Positions 20,617 through 35,102 of a stretch of DNA of 56,823 nucleotides are shown piece after piece (within the stretch, counting starts at the first letter, position 1; the number at the start of each line of letters is the position of its first letter). Where the stretch lies: assembly GCA_049999805.1 (NCBI GenBank), contig JBNGIO010006211.1, positions 79,026-135,848 on the forward strand, in the 5' to 3' direction. The position numbers and the translations under genes were made by a program. The stretch comes from Folioceros fuciformis. Taxonomy: Eukaryota. Under the pieces are notes generated by a model. It worked only from the letters and a program-made list of their open reading frames with translations, was not told where the DNA came from and made no database searches.

Positions 20617-21322
20617 TCTGACGCGCTTCCCAGCCTCCTTCACACCTTGCTGCTACATGCGTCTTGCCCTGCCGATGCAAGAAAACCATGGCATGCAAGC
20701 AACGCACATCCAAATGCTCTGCCCCACCAGCAACAACATCGCTCAACGTCCACGCCTTTGCTTCAAGCTCACTCCTCCGTGTTTTCCCCCCAGGTCGACA
20801 GTCAAATCCAACGCCCTCCCACTCCCCTGATGCGAGCACTCTGCGGCCACTCCCCTTGACATTCAAATCTGCAAGCTCCCGTTCCGCCTTGCATGACGTG
20901 CCCCCCAGACGCCGTGTCCCAGATTCTCCGCTGCAAGCCAGACGCCCCGAAATTTCCTTCAACCTCCGTATGCGCGTCAGCCCTCGTCCCAACCTCCTCG
21001 CTGAGGGAGCGACATTCTACCACAACAAGCGACCATCCAGACCAAATTCTGGACCAGCTTCTCCCTCCTTCTACGAACTCTCTCGTCTACAATATACATA
21101 CTGCCACCTTATAAAAATAAATTCTAACAACGTAGAAGACCGGGCCAGACTTTCACGACGCATCGCCGTTCAAACAAATTAATGCATCTTAAGGCAATGC
21201 TCGCGCGCGTGTGCTCTCAAGTCAGGGGAATATGACACCAATTCAAGTACAGAACCAAGTCCTGTTGTCGTTGTCCATGGGATACAGTTGGGTAAATCTA
21301 CCGTGTAGGTAGAAGGGATTGT

Positions 21323-23539
21323 CTACAGACCAGGAGGTTTTAGAAATGGAGCGGGTGTGAACAGCTTCTCAACGTCCACGGGGAGACTCAGGACACTTTT
21401 GGCAGGGTCTGGAACCTTGGACACATTCTTCCATGAACTGTACCACGGGCCGCCTCCAACTTCCAGGGCTGCCATGTCGCTTGTTGTGTCCAGAACGGCC
21501 TGAGAATGAAGGTTCCGTGGCACACAATGGTTAGGGCAGGTCATGTGGAGGGGCAGGGGGGGAAGGAGAAGAAGGAGAGGGTTTCCTTGGGGCGGGATTT
21601 ACTTTGCCTCGGCGGCCGCCAACACGCTCCCAGATTTGAAGCTCCAAGTCTCCAAAGAAAGTATCTCTGCAAAAGGGTGCCAGACCAGCCTCTGCAGTTG
21701 GAGCTCGGAGCACGGTGCCCTCCCTCTTGGTAGTGGCTATCAGTTGGGCCTGCAGGAACACACAGCGAATATGAGGCCATGGTGGTGCTGACATGACATG
21801 ACTCACTGTTACCGAGGAGTGTGGAAGGAGGGGGGAACCTCATACTGGTCATTTCGAGCAGACATTCGCCATGAGCCCCATGTGCTGATATCCCAGTCCA
21901 CCTCGCCTGCCCATGGAATGAACTCAAAGTGCTTGCCAGCGTAATGGACACCAATCTGTTGTTCGATGAGAGAACACAGCACAGTGAGCGGAACAGGCGT
22001 AGTTGGCTTTGCTTGATGGCTCAGACATCAAGAGCTGACTTGTTGCCATGGGATAGTACCATTGCAACTTCCTCCACACCGCCTGGAAGCAGGGGAAGAG
22101 CTCGTTTTCCTCCACCTGCCGTGAGAGCAACCTCACCAGATACCCCATCGAAGACATTGCATTGGATCTACATTGCCATACATATCATGCAACATCATGG
22201 GCTCCGTGGGCGTCACAGGTGAGGGTTGCACAAGACATGATAAATGTCGCAGGTGATACCCAGAACCACTTTTGTGGAAAGGAGCCTCCCCAGTTCTTCT
22301 CTGAATAGCAGGGGGCGTCTTCAAATTCAAATCTCTTGCTTCCCCACTCAATCCAGCCTGTCGTAATGTGCAATCCAAAAGTCAGATGACATTGCATTCC
22401 CCAGAGAAAACATTACGGTAGAATCAAGCAGAGATACAACATCCAGTACCCGAGGAAAGGCCACCAGCCATGCAAATCTGCCAATGGGGTTCAAAAACAG
22501 GAAAGGCTGCCAACCACCCCGCTGTGGCTTTCTGCGTGGAACCCTCATCACCCCACCCATACACGGGCCGCGTGCTGTACTCCCACCTCACCGTCTCCAC
22601 TGTCCTCAAATACGGAGATCTGCACCACGACGACAGGAGCCACGGATACGTCAGATCAGCAGCAGATGCGACAGCTCGGCATCCCAAGGCTCCCCTCAGC
22701 CCAAACCCTCACCGTCCATTGTCACGAAGGAAACCTTGGTGCCATGTAGGAGAGACCTGAAATCCCTCCTCAGTCCGCTCCCAAAACTCCTGTCCTACGA
22801 CTCAAGCACGTGACAGTTAGCTTGGCTGGTGGCAGCAAACAACACTAACATAATTCATGGATGATTCTGACGTTACATGGGTGATTATGACGTTACCCCA
22901 GACGGCACTTCTGCTGTAGGCGGAGATGCTCCTGCCTTCCCTACGAACGTACTCCCCAAGGCCAGTTCATGCCTGCCTGCCTTGCACATTACCATGAACT
23001 TTTCATCACAAAGCGAGCAAGCAGCAAGTCACCAAGTTTCACGGCAAGCGGGCGGTGGAATAACTTACTGCCCCAGAAATTTCTCACAGTCGGCTCAAAT
23101 TGGCAGACGTACTCGTCATCAGCGCCCAGTACCTGAGCCCCAACGCCAGGAAACCTGGGGCCCGACACCAATGCCTCTAACCCCTTGGGCAGAGACCCAG
23201 GGTCTTCCACCGAGTACATCCAAGCAAAGCTCTGCTTCTCCTGCGGAATGGAGACCTTGAAGTACCAGCCTTCAAAGAATCGGCGACTGGTGCCATCGAA
23301 GTGGTACCTGCAAGCAGCACACAGCCCGCTCTTCAGTCCAGGAAGAGACGACGCCACGGACATCAAGACTTGCGGGCTCTTTCAAACGCTCACCCACTGT
23401 GCGGAGTCCGAGTGTCCCTGTCTCTGCCCTTCACACACACAGATGCAGTTGCGGTTGCGTTGCGAGGCCGTCTCCCACGCCCTCTTCGAATGCCGCCCAG
23501 CTTGTGGTGCAGAGGGCACGGTGCAACAAGAGAAGCCAT
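21323..23539 (-). CDS. VTE1: Tocopherol cyclase, chloroplastic, multi-exon
   Basis: MASLVAPC.. transit peptide, RTPHSG|YHFDGTSRRFFEGWYFKVSIP, RWEYSTRPVYGWG, FEPHWQICMAGGLS, YSEKNWGGSFPQKWFW, AALEVGGGPW..FLKPPGL*. Confidence 0.95.
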
Positions 23540-24162
23540 TCCCCTCTACTCTCGACGAGGCCCCTGAGAAGCAGGAAGGGACTCCACCCAGAAAGCTGGA
23601 GGGGACTCCGCTCAGAAGCAGAAAGGAAAGACGCTGTAGTCTTGTTATCTAAACAGTCGAGGCGCACCAAGCGCCAAGTGTAGGTCGTTTTCATGCATGA
23701 GTTGGTAACCATGGGGGCACCACCATGGGCACGTGAACACCTTACAGTTGCCAGCGTTGTGGGATTCTTGCGCGTCAGTAGAGCCTGGACTCTGGAACAC
23801 GATCAAAGCACTGCAGGATGTAACCACGGAATTGAAGGGTAATAGAAAGGAATGTAAAGGAATAAACGCTCCGAAAGTACATAAGGGAATGAATGCATCA
23901 CTTGCCGTGTTCCACGAGTGACAAAAAGGAAGAAACCACTCCGTGATGGGTGGAGACCTGCTGGCCGCAGGCATGGCAGCTACACAGCTCTAGAACATGT
24001 TCAAAGACTATCCCGCATGTGTTCGCTCGTACAACACTCAAGCAGCAACGGATTTCCGAGATGAAGCTTGGCGGAAAAACAATGAAGGGAGGGACAGCAG
24101 CTCAGCCGAAGCCGAGGCCAAAACTCGCCCGGACACCTCAGTCACCACCCTTCTGAAGGTGA

Positions 24163-25030
24163 TCAGTTGGTGCAGCACGCTCTCTTCTTGGCTGCGGCAG
24201 CGCTATCGGTGTTCCCCGGGACTATGATCGCAGTCCCTTCTCCTGGACCAGACGTAGAGGTTTCTTCGGAGGCCAAAGCTTTCTTGCTTACTATCCGGTA
24301 AATTTCAGTCAAAATCCTCTGGAATGCCTTCTCCACATTCGTAGATTCCAGAGCCGATGTCTCAACAAACGAGAGCCCCTCTCGCTCAGCGAAACTCGAC
24401 GCATCCTCGGTGGTGACTCCTCTGAGATGTTTGAGGTCCGACTTGTTGCCTACCAGCATGATAACAATATTGGAATCCGCATGATCCCTTAGCTCCTTCA
24501 ACCACCTTTCCACATTCTCGTACGTGATGTGCTTGGTGATATCATACACAAGAAGCGCCCCAACTGCTCCCCGGTAATAAGCACTTGTAATTGCCCTGTA
24601 CCGTTCTTGCCCTGCTGTGTCCCAAATCTGAGCTTTCAGGGTCTTTCCGTCCACCTGAAACACAGACATATCACCAACCCTAAATACAGCGTCCTCGCCC
24701 GGCTCGCCTACCTTGTCCCATACTCCATGAGTAAGGTTTCAAACCTAAAAGCCAAGACCCCGACAAGACTATCACAGCGCCTTACCAGAGCACCACCTTA
24801 CATTTTTGCTTTCAAAGCAACGAAACAATCAAGCTCATGTTAGCTCCGACGCAAAAGGGGAAAGATACCTGTATTGAGCGAGTTGCAAATTCCACACCAA
24901 TGGTGGACTTGGACTCCAAACAAAACTCGTTTCTAGTGAATCTGGACAGCAAATTGGACTTGCCAACGCCCGAATCACCGATCAACACAATTTTAAACAA
25001 ATAGTCGTACTCCTCATCTTTATGAGCCAT
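24163..25030 (-). CDS. RABA: RabA (Rab11-family) small GTPase; exons 25030-24869 and 24654-24163
   Basis: [42 protein letters not shown] and C-terminal CCTN prenylation motif. Confidence 0.96.
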
Positions 25031-26070
25031 CGCCCCTCCCACACTGAGCAGCGCTCGACAGCTCCGGATGCTTAGCTACATAGACTGTCCCAAAACTAGG
25101 TCACCAGCGCAGTTGCTGAGCCATACACACTGACTGCAATGCTCCACTTCACAAACACTGCTATCTTGAATGACTCACTGCTGCGACCAGAATTTGCACG
25201 GGCGCAACACTCGCACTCTTCACCTCACCGCAACTAGGTTCCGAGTCACGACATGGTGCAAGACAAGAAACAGCCGTCATGAACAGACGCCGAGGAGCAG
25301 GTAGCGAGATTTGAATGCCGTGATCGTCCAGCGTCATCTCCTTGCTGCATGCATCGTCAGCCTCCTTCCGAGCTTTGTATCGAATTAGAGTGCGGAAAGA
25401 TGCAAGAAAGACGCAAGATGCACGGCCTTGCAGGAAATGCTGCGGCAGCTACAAACACGGCTACAAAAAGACAAGACTAAGCCCGCCCAAGGCCTTCACA
25501 GCATACCAACGCAAAGCAAAGGGAGATAGAAAACGCGTCGTTTACGCAGCCGCGCGCAACTGCTGGACTCTCTCGGTGAAAGTGTCCAAGACACTACCCG
25601 GTGGCCACAATTCTCATAACTGTCAGCTTGTTCTACGGAGTATCCAACATGTCCGCCGTGTATTCGGCTTAGGTTTCATCTATGTCCTTCTGGGACCGGC
25701 AAATGTGAGCTCCGCAAAAAAGAAACGCAGTCCATTAACAGGCCAACCTAAAAAAGTTCTGCACCACAAACTGAAATGCCTTAAGCACGAAAGACGCTGT
25801 CGAAAAGTAAGGAGGGCTTAGCTGCCGGTGCAGAACAACACCCTCATTAATCTGTGGAGAATTGAAAAGACAAAACCCTTTCTGCCATAACCTTACCGTT
25901 AGTGATCTCTTTAAACATTACCACAAATGCGACTCATACATGTAATCCATTACCTACTTAGCTTGAGTGTGTATCTACTTTTCCTATTGTTCTTGAAGAC
26001 TTCATGCTTGTACAAGCCTTGGTATTAAGATCAAAGACTTAAGTACATTTTATCATTAATTTGAAATTGA

Positions 26071-28115
<2,045 letters not shown>

Positions 28116-28863
28116 GGGCCAGGTTTGATTAGAGAGTTGAGTCTCCACCTTTGGATTTACAACTCAGCCATCCCTCAAGTGTAGGGAGGGATGATGCTGG
28201 AGGTGTGTGAATTTAGCATCGTTGGTGNNNNNNNNNNGTAGGGAGGGATGATGCTGGAGGTGTGTGAATTTAGCATCGTTGGTGCCTTGTTTTGGGAGAG
28301 ACCATGTTTTGGAGTTTGAAAGCCCATCCAAAGTGTGAAGTATGTATGTACATGCCGTGGTTGAGGATGACCGTGGTCAAAATGCTCCATGTCTGCAACA
28401 GTGTTGGCGTAGAGGGTGTCAGGAATGTTGGAGGCCACCAGGCTTTTGGGCTGTACAATCGGAGGCGTAGTGCGATGGTGGTGATGGAGCATGCGATGGG
28501 TCCCAGTCGTTCGCACCCGCGCTCCGCTCGCTCAAATCCCCGCAAAACTGCTGCTGGCTGTCCCTGACTGGCCGCTACCTTCCGCTTCTCCCTCGGTTGG
28601 GCCTCGCAGATCTGCCCTGTCCGCCCTGGCTTCCCCGCGAGTTTGCCGCTGGTGTCCCGATCCGTGTCTTCTCGGCCCGTGCCGGAAGCGGGAAGCGCTG
28701 TGAGCTCGGTTTGCGTTTCCGACGGAATTGGGCGATTTGCAGGAGGGATGGCCGGGAAGGAGGCCGGTGTTTGGGATTTGTGGGCGGTAGGATTAGCGCA
28801 ATTCGGGATGGTGGGCGGGATTGAGCTTGGGAGGTAGGAATTCGGAAGCCTGAGTGGGTCACG

Positions 28864-31800
28864 ATGGTAGAGGAGGATCCTGAATCCAAAACCAACGGCA
28901 TGGGGACGGACGCTCCTGTGCTGGCCCAGGCCCTAGACGGGATCCAGCCCACGGATGTCCCCGGGGATGTTTCGCAGGATGGAGTGGATGGGGACGATGA
29001 GCTGGAAGAGGACGATGCCGCAGATGATGATGAGGACGATGAGCAGGCATTGTCCGACGAGGACGAGCCGCGGCTCAAGTATCAGCGCCTGGGAGGCAGC
29101 GTGCCAGGGATTGTGGGTGCTTCGGGAGCCTCGTGTCTCACGGTTGCCGATCGGATCATAGCCCTCGGCACCAGTGCCGGGACTGTGCATCTTCTGGATT
29201 ATCAGGGTAACCAGGTGCGGGGATTTTTCGATTTCCTTTTTCCTTGGTGGCTTCAATTCGTTGCATTTGGAGAGGGCGGAGTGGTTGACACGGTTGGAGT
29301 GGGCTGGATGCTGTAGGTGAAGGAATTTTCGGTGCACTCCGAACCTGTGAACGAGCTGAGCTTTGATGTGGATGGGGAGTACATTGGGAGTTGCTCGGAC
29401 GATGGAACTGTCGTTGTCAGCAGCCTGTATTCGGATGAGAAGGAGAGGCATGATTATCATAGACCGGTGAAGGCTGTGGCGTTGGATCCAGAGTATGGCA
29501 GGAGAGCGTCTAAGCAATTTGCTGCCGGAGGATTAGCTGGACAGCTTATCCTCAACAGCAAAGGTTGGCTTGGTGCTCGTGACGTGGTAACACTCCTGGA
29601 CCATACTGAATGGTTATGGTTGTCGTCTTTCCTGTGTTGAAGTTGTTTCTTGGGCCTGTTTTCTCCAGGTTCTGCATGCCGGGGAGGGCGCTATCCATGC
29701 CATCAAGTGGAGGACGAGTCTCATTGCCTGGGCAAATAATCTTGGGGTCAAGGTTTATGATACTGCCACCCAGCAACGGCTGTCATTCATCGAGCGTCCA
29801 CCTGAGAGCCCTCGGCCCGAACTGTTGAGGCCACAGATAGTGTGGCAGGTCTGGCTGCGTGACGAGCAAGTCCTCCTTGTTTTCTTTGTTTGTTTTCTGC
29901 AGGAATCGTGGCCTCAAGTTCTTTGTTTGTTGGTCTGTAGGATGATGCCGTCTTTGTAATTGGGTGGGCAGACTCTGTGAAAGTGGCTGCCGTTCGTACA
30001 AGGTCTTTTGAAAACAGAGGTGTATTGGGTTCCTCGCCTGCAGCTGCTTTGGGTGGCGATCTTCTGGGACGAGCAGCAAGAACCACCATCAGCACGAAAT
30101 ATGTTGAAATAGTAGCTTCCTTCAGAACAGACTACTACATCTCTGGTGTTGCACCCTACGGTGATTCAATCGTGGTTCTAGCTTACATACCCCAGGCAGG
30201 CACTAGTGGCAATGAGCCCTCGAATGGCACCTTTCAAAACCAGGTGGAGCGTGATGTTGAAATCTACTGTCATGGTCTTTGTTAGTTTTGAATCAGCCAG
30301 TAGGAGGGAAGCTGATTCCTTTCATGCTTTGCCCGTCTCAGGGCATATCCAACAGGCCGGAGATGCACATTGTGACTCGGAGGAATGAAGAGCTTGCGTC
30401 CTCAGATGCACTCTCTGTGCTTGGTTATGAGCATTACGAAGCAAAAGACTACCTCTTGGCCCATGCTCCATTTTTAGGTGTTCTCACATGCGTCTAAGAA
30501 ACTCATCGTGTGCTGCATGTACTTTTTCGAAGGCTGAGGATCTGAGAATTTCCTAGGTATGTTCCACAGGCAGTAGCAGTGGTGGTGGCCAATGGGCAGA
30601 AGGTTATGAACCTTTGTACTATATTGTGTCCCCGAGAGATGTAGTGGTTGCACGCCCAAGGTATGGTGTCAGTCAGATTCGATTTGGTTTGATGATATCA
30701 TGTACCTTTGTCTATACTGAGCTGCGGTCACTTACCAGGGATGCTGAAGACCATGTGGCTTGGCTTCTTCAACATGGATGGCATGAGAAAGCTCTGGCTG
30801 CTGTGGAGGCTGGTAATACTAGGATGGAGCTCCTTGACGAGGTGAATCCATGTCAGAAATCTATGGTTTCCTGTCACCTTGAAAGTTCTGGAAGGATGCA
30901 CTGTCCCTCTGATGGGCATCAGTTGCCAGAATGTAGCTAAAGTGATGAGTGTATCTTGCTTAACTCTGATGCCCTCGGTGTTTCTTCTTTGGCAGGTGGG
31001 TTCCAGGTACTTGGATCACTTGGTGTTGGAAAGACAATATGCTCAAGCTGCCGCCCTTTGTCCTAAGCTATTACGTGGTTCTGCCTCAGCCTGGGAAAGG
31101 TAGCAATTGCTTGACTTAGAGCAAGAAGATTACATGGTTTCTCGTCACACTTATTGGCATACTGTATAATGATGGGGTCGGTTGGTTTGGTCCGAGTGCA
31201 GATGGATTATGAACTTTGCTCAGCTACGGCAGCTCCCAAAGCTTGCACCTTATGTTCCAACCAGCAATCCACAGCTTCGCGATACTGTATATGAGGTACG
31301 TGGACTTACTATGTGGTTGTCTGGCACAATTCATAGTTTTGCCTAGCTGATGGTAAAGTGATTTCTCACTGTCCTCCGCAGATTGTTCTCAATTCTCTTC
31401 TTATAAATCCTGCTTTCCACGAAGAACTGCTTTCAACCATCAAGACGTGGCCATCAAATATTTACTCCGTGCCGACAATCATCAATGCAGCGGAGTTACA
31501 GTTGAACACTAGTCTGAGATCCCAAACACTGCAAGAGGTGTGTAACCCAGTTACCAGGCCATTGACTGTACTGTTAAGCTCTGATTTCCTTGGCTAACAG
31601 CTCTGTTGATCAACAGGCGCTTGCAACCCTGTACCTGATGGTAGAGCAGTTTGATAAAACGCTTGCAATATATCTTGAGGTACCTGAGCATAGACCCGGT
31701 CATTCACCAGGTGTCAAGAGCATGTGCACCAGATGGTACCTCCCTGCTCATGTCAATTTTGTGGCTGGCAGTTACAAAAACCAATAGCACTTGAATTCAT

Positions 31801-33681
31801 CGAGCAGCACAATCTGTATGGGGCTGTCCGAGATAAAGTAAGTGTGCAGACATAGCTCTTGCTACCAGATACACTTCTCTCGTGAAATGGTGTTACTAAC
31901 CAATTGGGGCCTCTCAGGTGATTCCTTTGATGAGTCTAGACGGAAAGCGAGCAGTTTCACTCTACGTGCAGCAGAGCAATATGATACCCGCCTCAGAAGT
32001 CGTTCCTCAGCTGTTGAAGGAGGGAAATGATGCCCAGTACAAGGCTCTTCTGCATTCATACTTGCATGCACTGTTTGAGAAAGATCCAAATGCTGGCAAA
32101 GACTATCATTATCTGCAGGTGTGTTGGGCTATTCCAAAGAACCTTGTGGGCCCAGCTCTCGTCAGAGAGCTTCGACCTCATGTCCTTCACATGTTGCAGG
32201 TTGAACTGTATGCAGAGTATGAGCCACGGTTATTACTTCCATTCTTGAGAAGCAGTCAGCATTACACACTCGACAAGGTACAGCAACTATTCTATCCGTC
32301 GGAGGCGTACCTGACTCTGATTCATGTCAGAGGCGTAGCTGACACTGTTTTACGTACCTCAGTGTGAAAGCTACTACTTGTCATGCCTGCAGGCTTATGA
32401 GATCTGCAAAAGGAGAGGCTTGACCAAGGAGATGGTTTTTATTCTCGGGAGAATGGGCAATACGAGAGAGGCCCTTGCTCTTATCATCAACCAGCTCAGA
32501 GATATGCAGCAGGTAAGCAGCAAGTGAACACTACTCTCGGTTGCTGAATTTGTGTTTGTGCTCCAATGCTAAATATCCGTCTTTTCTCAGGCCATAGATT
32601 TTGTTACAGCGCAACATGATGACGAGTTATGGGATGAGCTCATCAATCAGTGCCTGAACAAGCCTGAAATGGTACCCCAAATTCTGTTGAGAGCAACTTT
32701 AGATTTAACTAGCTGGCGACCACACACTGTGGTAGAATTACGGATTTAGATTGACATTGCCTCTCTTGGTGGAGCAGGTAGGTGCTTTGCTGGAGTACAC
32801 AGTGGGCAATATCGATCCTCTTCACTTGGTTAACAAAATTCCTCGTGGAATGGCGATTCCCCGGTAAGTTGGCAGCCACCTTGCTGGGCAATCTGACCGT
32901 CCTTGCCATCCTTGACTCTCCTTGGCGAGCTCTCGGTCATGACCCTGTGACATGGCAGTTTGAGAGACCGGCTGGTGAAGATCATTACTGACTACAGGAC
33001 GGAAACGTCACTGCGGCAGGGATGCAATGACATCCTCAAGGTCATACAGCTATCCAGACCTGTTACTCCGAATCATTTCCTGCCTTTCCTCCTGACACAC
33101 AATTCACTGATAATGTGTTGCCTCCGTAGGCGGATTGTGTAGACCTTCTGGTCCGATACTACCACGAAGCTCGCCATGCCATCCGAGTGGGAGGCCCGGA
33201 AGGCGGGGTAAGCAGCGTGGGTGCAACCTCCACACCAAGCAGCAAGAGGGGCTTCAAACAAGCGGCAGCAGCCCCATCGCGTCCCGTTTCAACGAAAACA
33301 GGCAGCACCGGACGCAGGTCTAACGTTGGCGGCAGCGGCAGATGCTGCATCTGCCTGGACCCGGTAGGACTCCAGAACGTGGCTGTCGTGGCTTTCTTCT
33401 GCACCCACGCCTATCATGTCACCTGTCTCCAAGACCCCGCCAGCATCTCCAACGCCGGGCGCGGAATTTTAGAGAAAGGCCAATCCGGTATCGTCTCCAG
33501 CAGAGATGTGCGCCGCGACGGCACAGCTCCAACACAGAATGGAGACGACGCCTCCAGTTCTACCTCCTCCAAGGGCCCCGAGATGAGGTGCATCCTGTGC
33601 ACCACGGCAGCTTCCGCTTCTAAGAAGAGAGGCGACGACGGGCCTTCCGTCGCTAGAGCGACCAACGGCTGGGGAGCGTAA
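28864..33681 (+). CDS. VPS41: Vacuolar protein sorting 41 (HOPS subunit): WD40, clathrin repeat and C-terminal RING-H2; many short introns
   Basis: Acidic N-terminus, DEPRLKYQRLGGS, YIGSCSDDGTVV, YHRPVKAVALDP, YYIVSPRDVVVARPR|DAEDHVAWLL, VELYAEYEPRLLLPFLRSSQHY, CCICLD..FFCTHAYH..C..RCILC. Confidence 0.94.
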
Positions 33682-34403
33682 TGTCCCAAGAGCTTTCCAA
33701 TCTTTTGTTCTCCTCTTTTGCCGGCATGAGTCTTCCCTCTCCTCGTCAAGCGGAATGAAACAAAATCTTTGTATCTCATCCTCTTCTCTGCCCTTCCCCC
33801 CGGCACCATCAACAAATGAGCGTATCACGTCCAGTCGATGACCAAAATCGCGGACTCGCGGCAAAGCCTTGGATCACGTGTTGCCGCACTTGAACATCTT
33901 CGCTAAGGGCATCGAGCATGAAATGTTACGGAGTCCGTTGATAATAAACTGCACGGAAGGCGGGGGGCAAGCCAGCTTGCAGCGCTCTCATCAGTCCGCG
34001 GGTGGAGCGTGAATGGTGGGTGAAGCTGTTTGGACGCGGCCGGTGTCCCTTCCCTTCGCCAGGCCAGGACAACAGCTGGAGCAGGCACAGGTCGCGTCCC
34101 CGCGGAACGCACACCGGACTCCTCATGATGGGCTTGGCCAGGGCCACACGGACAGCTGGTCGTCACGACCCGTCGCGTACCGCTGCTGCTTCCCCGAAGG
34201 AACGCGTGTCCGTCTAATTTTGACGCCGGAGTGCAGCTTCGGGGAGGCTTGGCGGGAACTGTTTGTCCGGGTGCTTGGAGTTCAGCGGCGCCGGTCGGAG
34301 ATCTCCACAAATGTCATTCGGGGATGAGATTTGTGTAGATGGCTAATCGATCCCGGCCAGCCACGGAATTTGGGAATGCGCCTGCATGGAAATCGCAAGC
34401 GTT

Positions 34404-35102
34404 NNNNNNNNNNNNNNNNNNNNNNNNNNNNNNNNNNNNNNNNNNNNNNNNNNNNNNNNNNNNNNNNNNNNNNNNNNNNNNNNNNNNNNNNNNNNNNNNN
34501 NNNGGGGGGCTTCCTTGCTTCCTTTTAGTGTTACAGGTTATGCGTGTGTGTCAAATGGGGCCGGGCAGGGACTCGAGGTCCGAGGTAGATTATCGAGAAA
34601 CGTGGGTTGATTCCGTTTCGTAGGGCACTGGGAGGAAGGCAGGAGCTGGGGACTGGTTTTTTCTGGCTTTGAGAGCAGTAGGAATTGGCGGACAGTGAAA
34701 GGGAGCGTGAAAGTTCCGGCGCCTGGTAGGCCATGCCTGCGGGTGGCCTGGTGACAGCTTGCCGCACTCCCCGCTGCTCTCAAAGACCCGGAGCGGAGGG
34801 GAGAGGAGAGGTGAAAGGCGTTGACGCGGGCCAATACTTGTGCTGTCTGCTGGCAAATTCGGGGACCCGGGACGTGGCGGAGCCTTGCGCTGGGTAGTTG
34901 GAGCGCATCCTGCTACTGTTCTCGTTGTGGTGGGTGGTGGTGTTCCTGCTGGAGCTCTTGATCGGGAGGAGCTGTATCGTTCTGGGCGTCTCGGGGTCAG
35001 TGNNNNNNNNNNNNNNNNNNNNNNNNNNNNNNNNNNNNNNNNNNNNNNNNNNNNNNNNNNNNNNNNNNNNNNNNNNNNNNNNNNNNNNNNNNNNNNNNNN
35101 NN
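34404..35102. other. Two 100-N assembly gaps (34404-34503, 35003-35102); 10-N gaps also at 6603, 12665 and 28228
   Basis: N runs in the sequence. Confidence 0.99.

Noticed and set aside
3144-23539. Apparent cluster of plastid-related genes (CRL, PPR, EamA, VTE1)
   Set aside because: No shared pathway, unrelated genes are interspersed, and plastid-targeted genes are common enough for chance adjacency.
28181-28284. 47-bp direct repeat flanking a 10-N gap
   Set aside because: Identical sequence on both sides of the gap is typical of an unmerged contig overlap.
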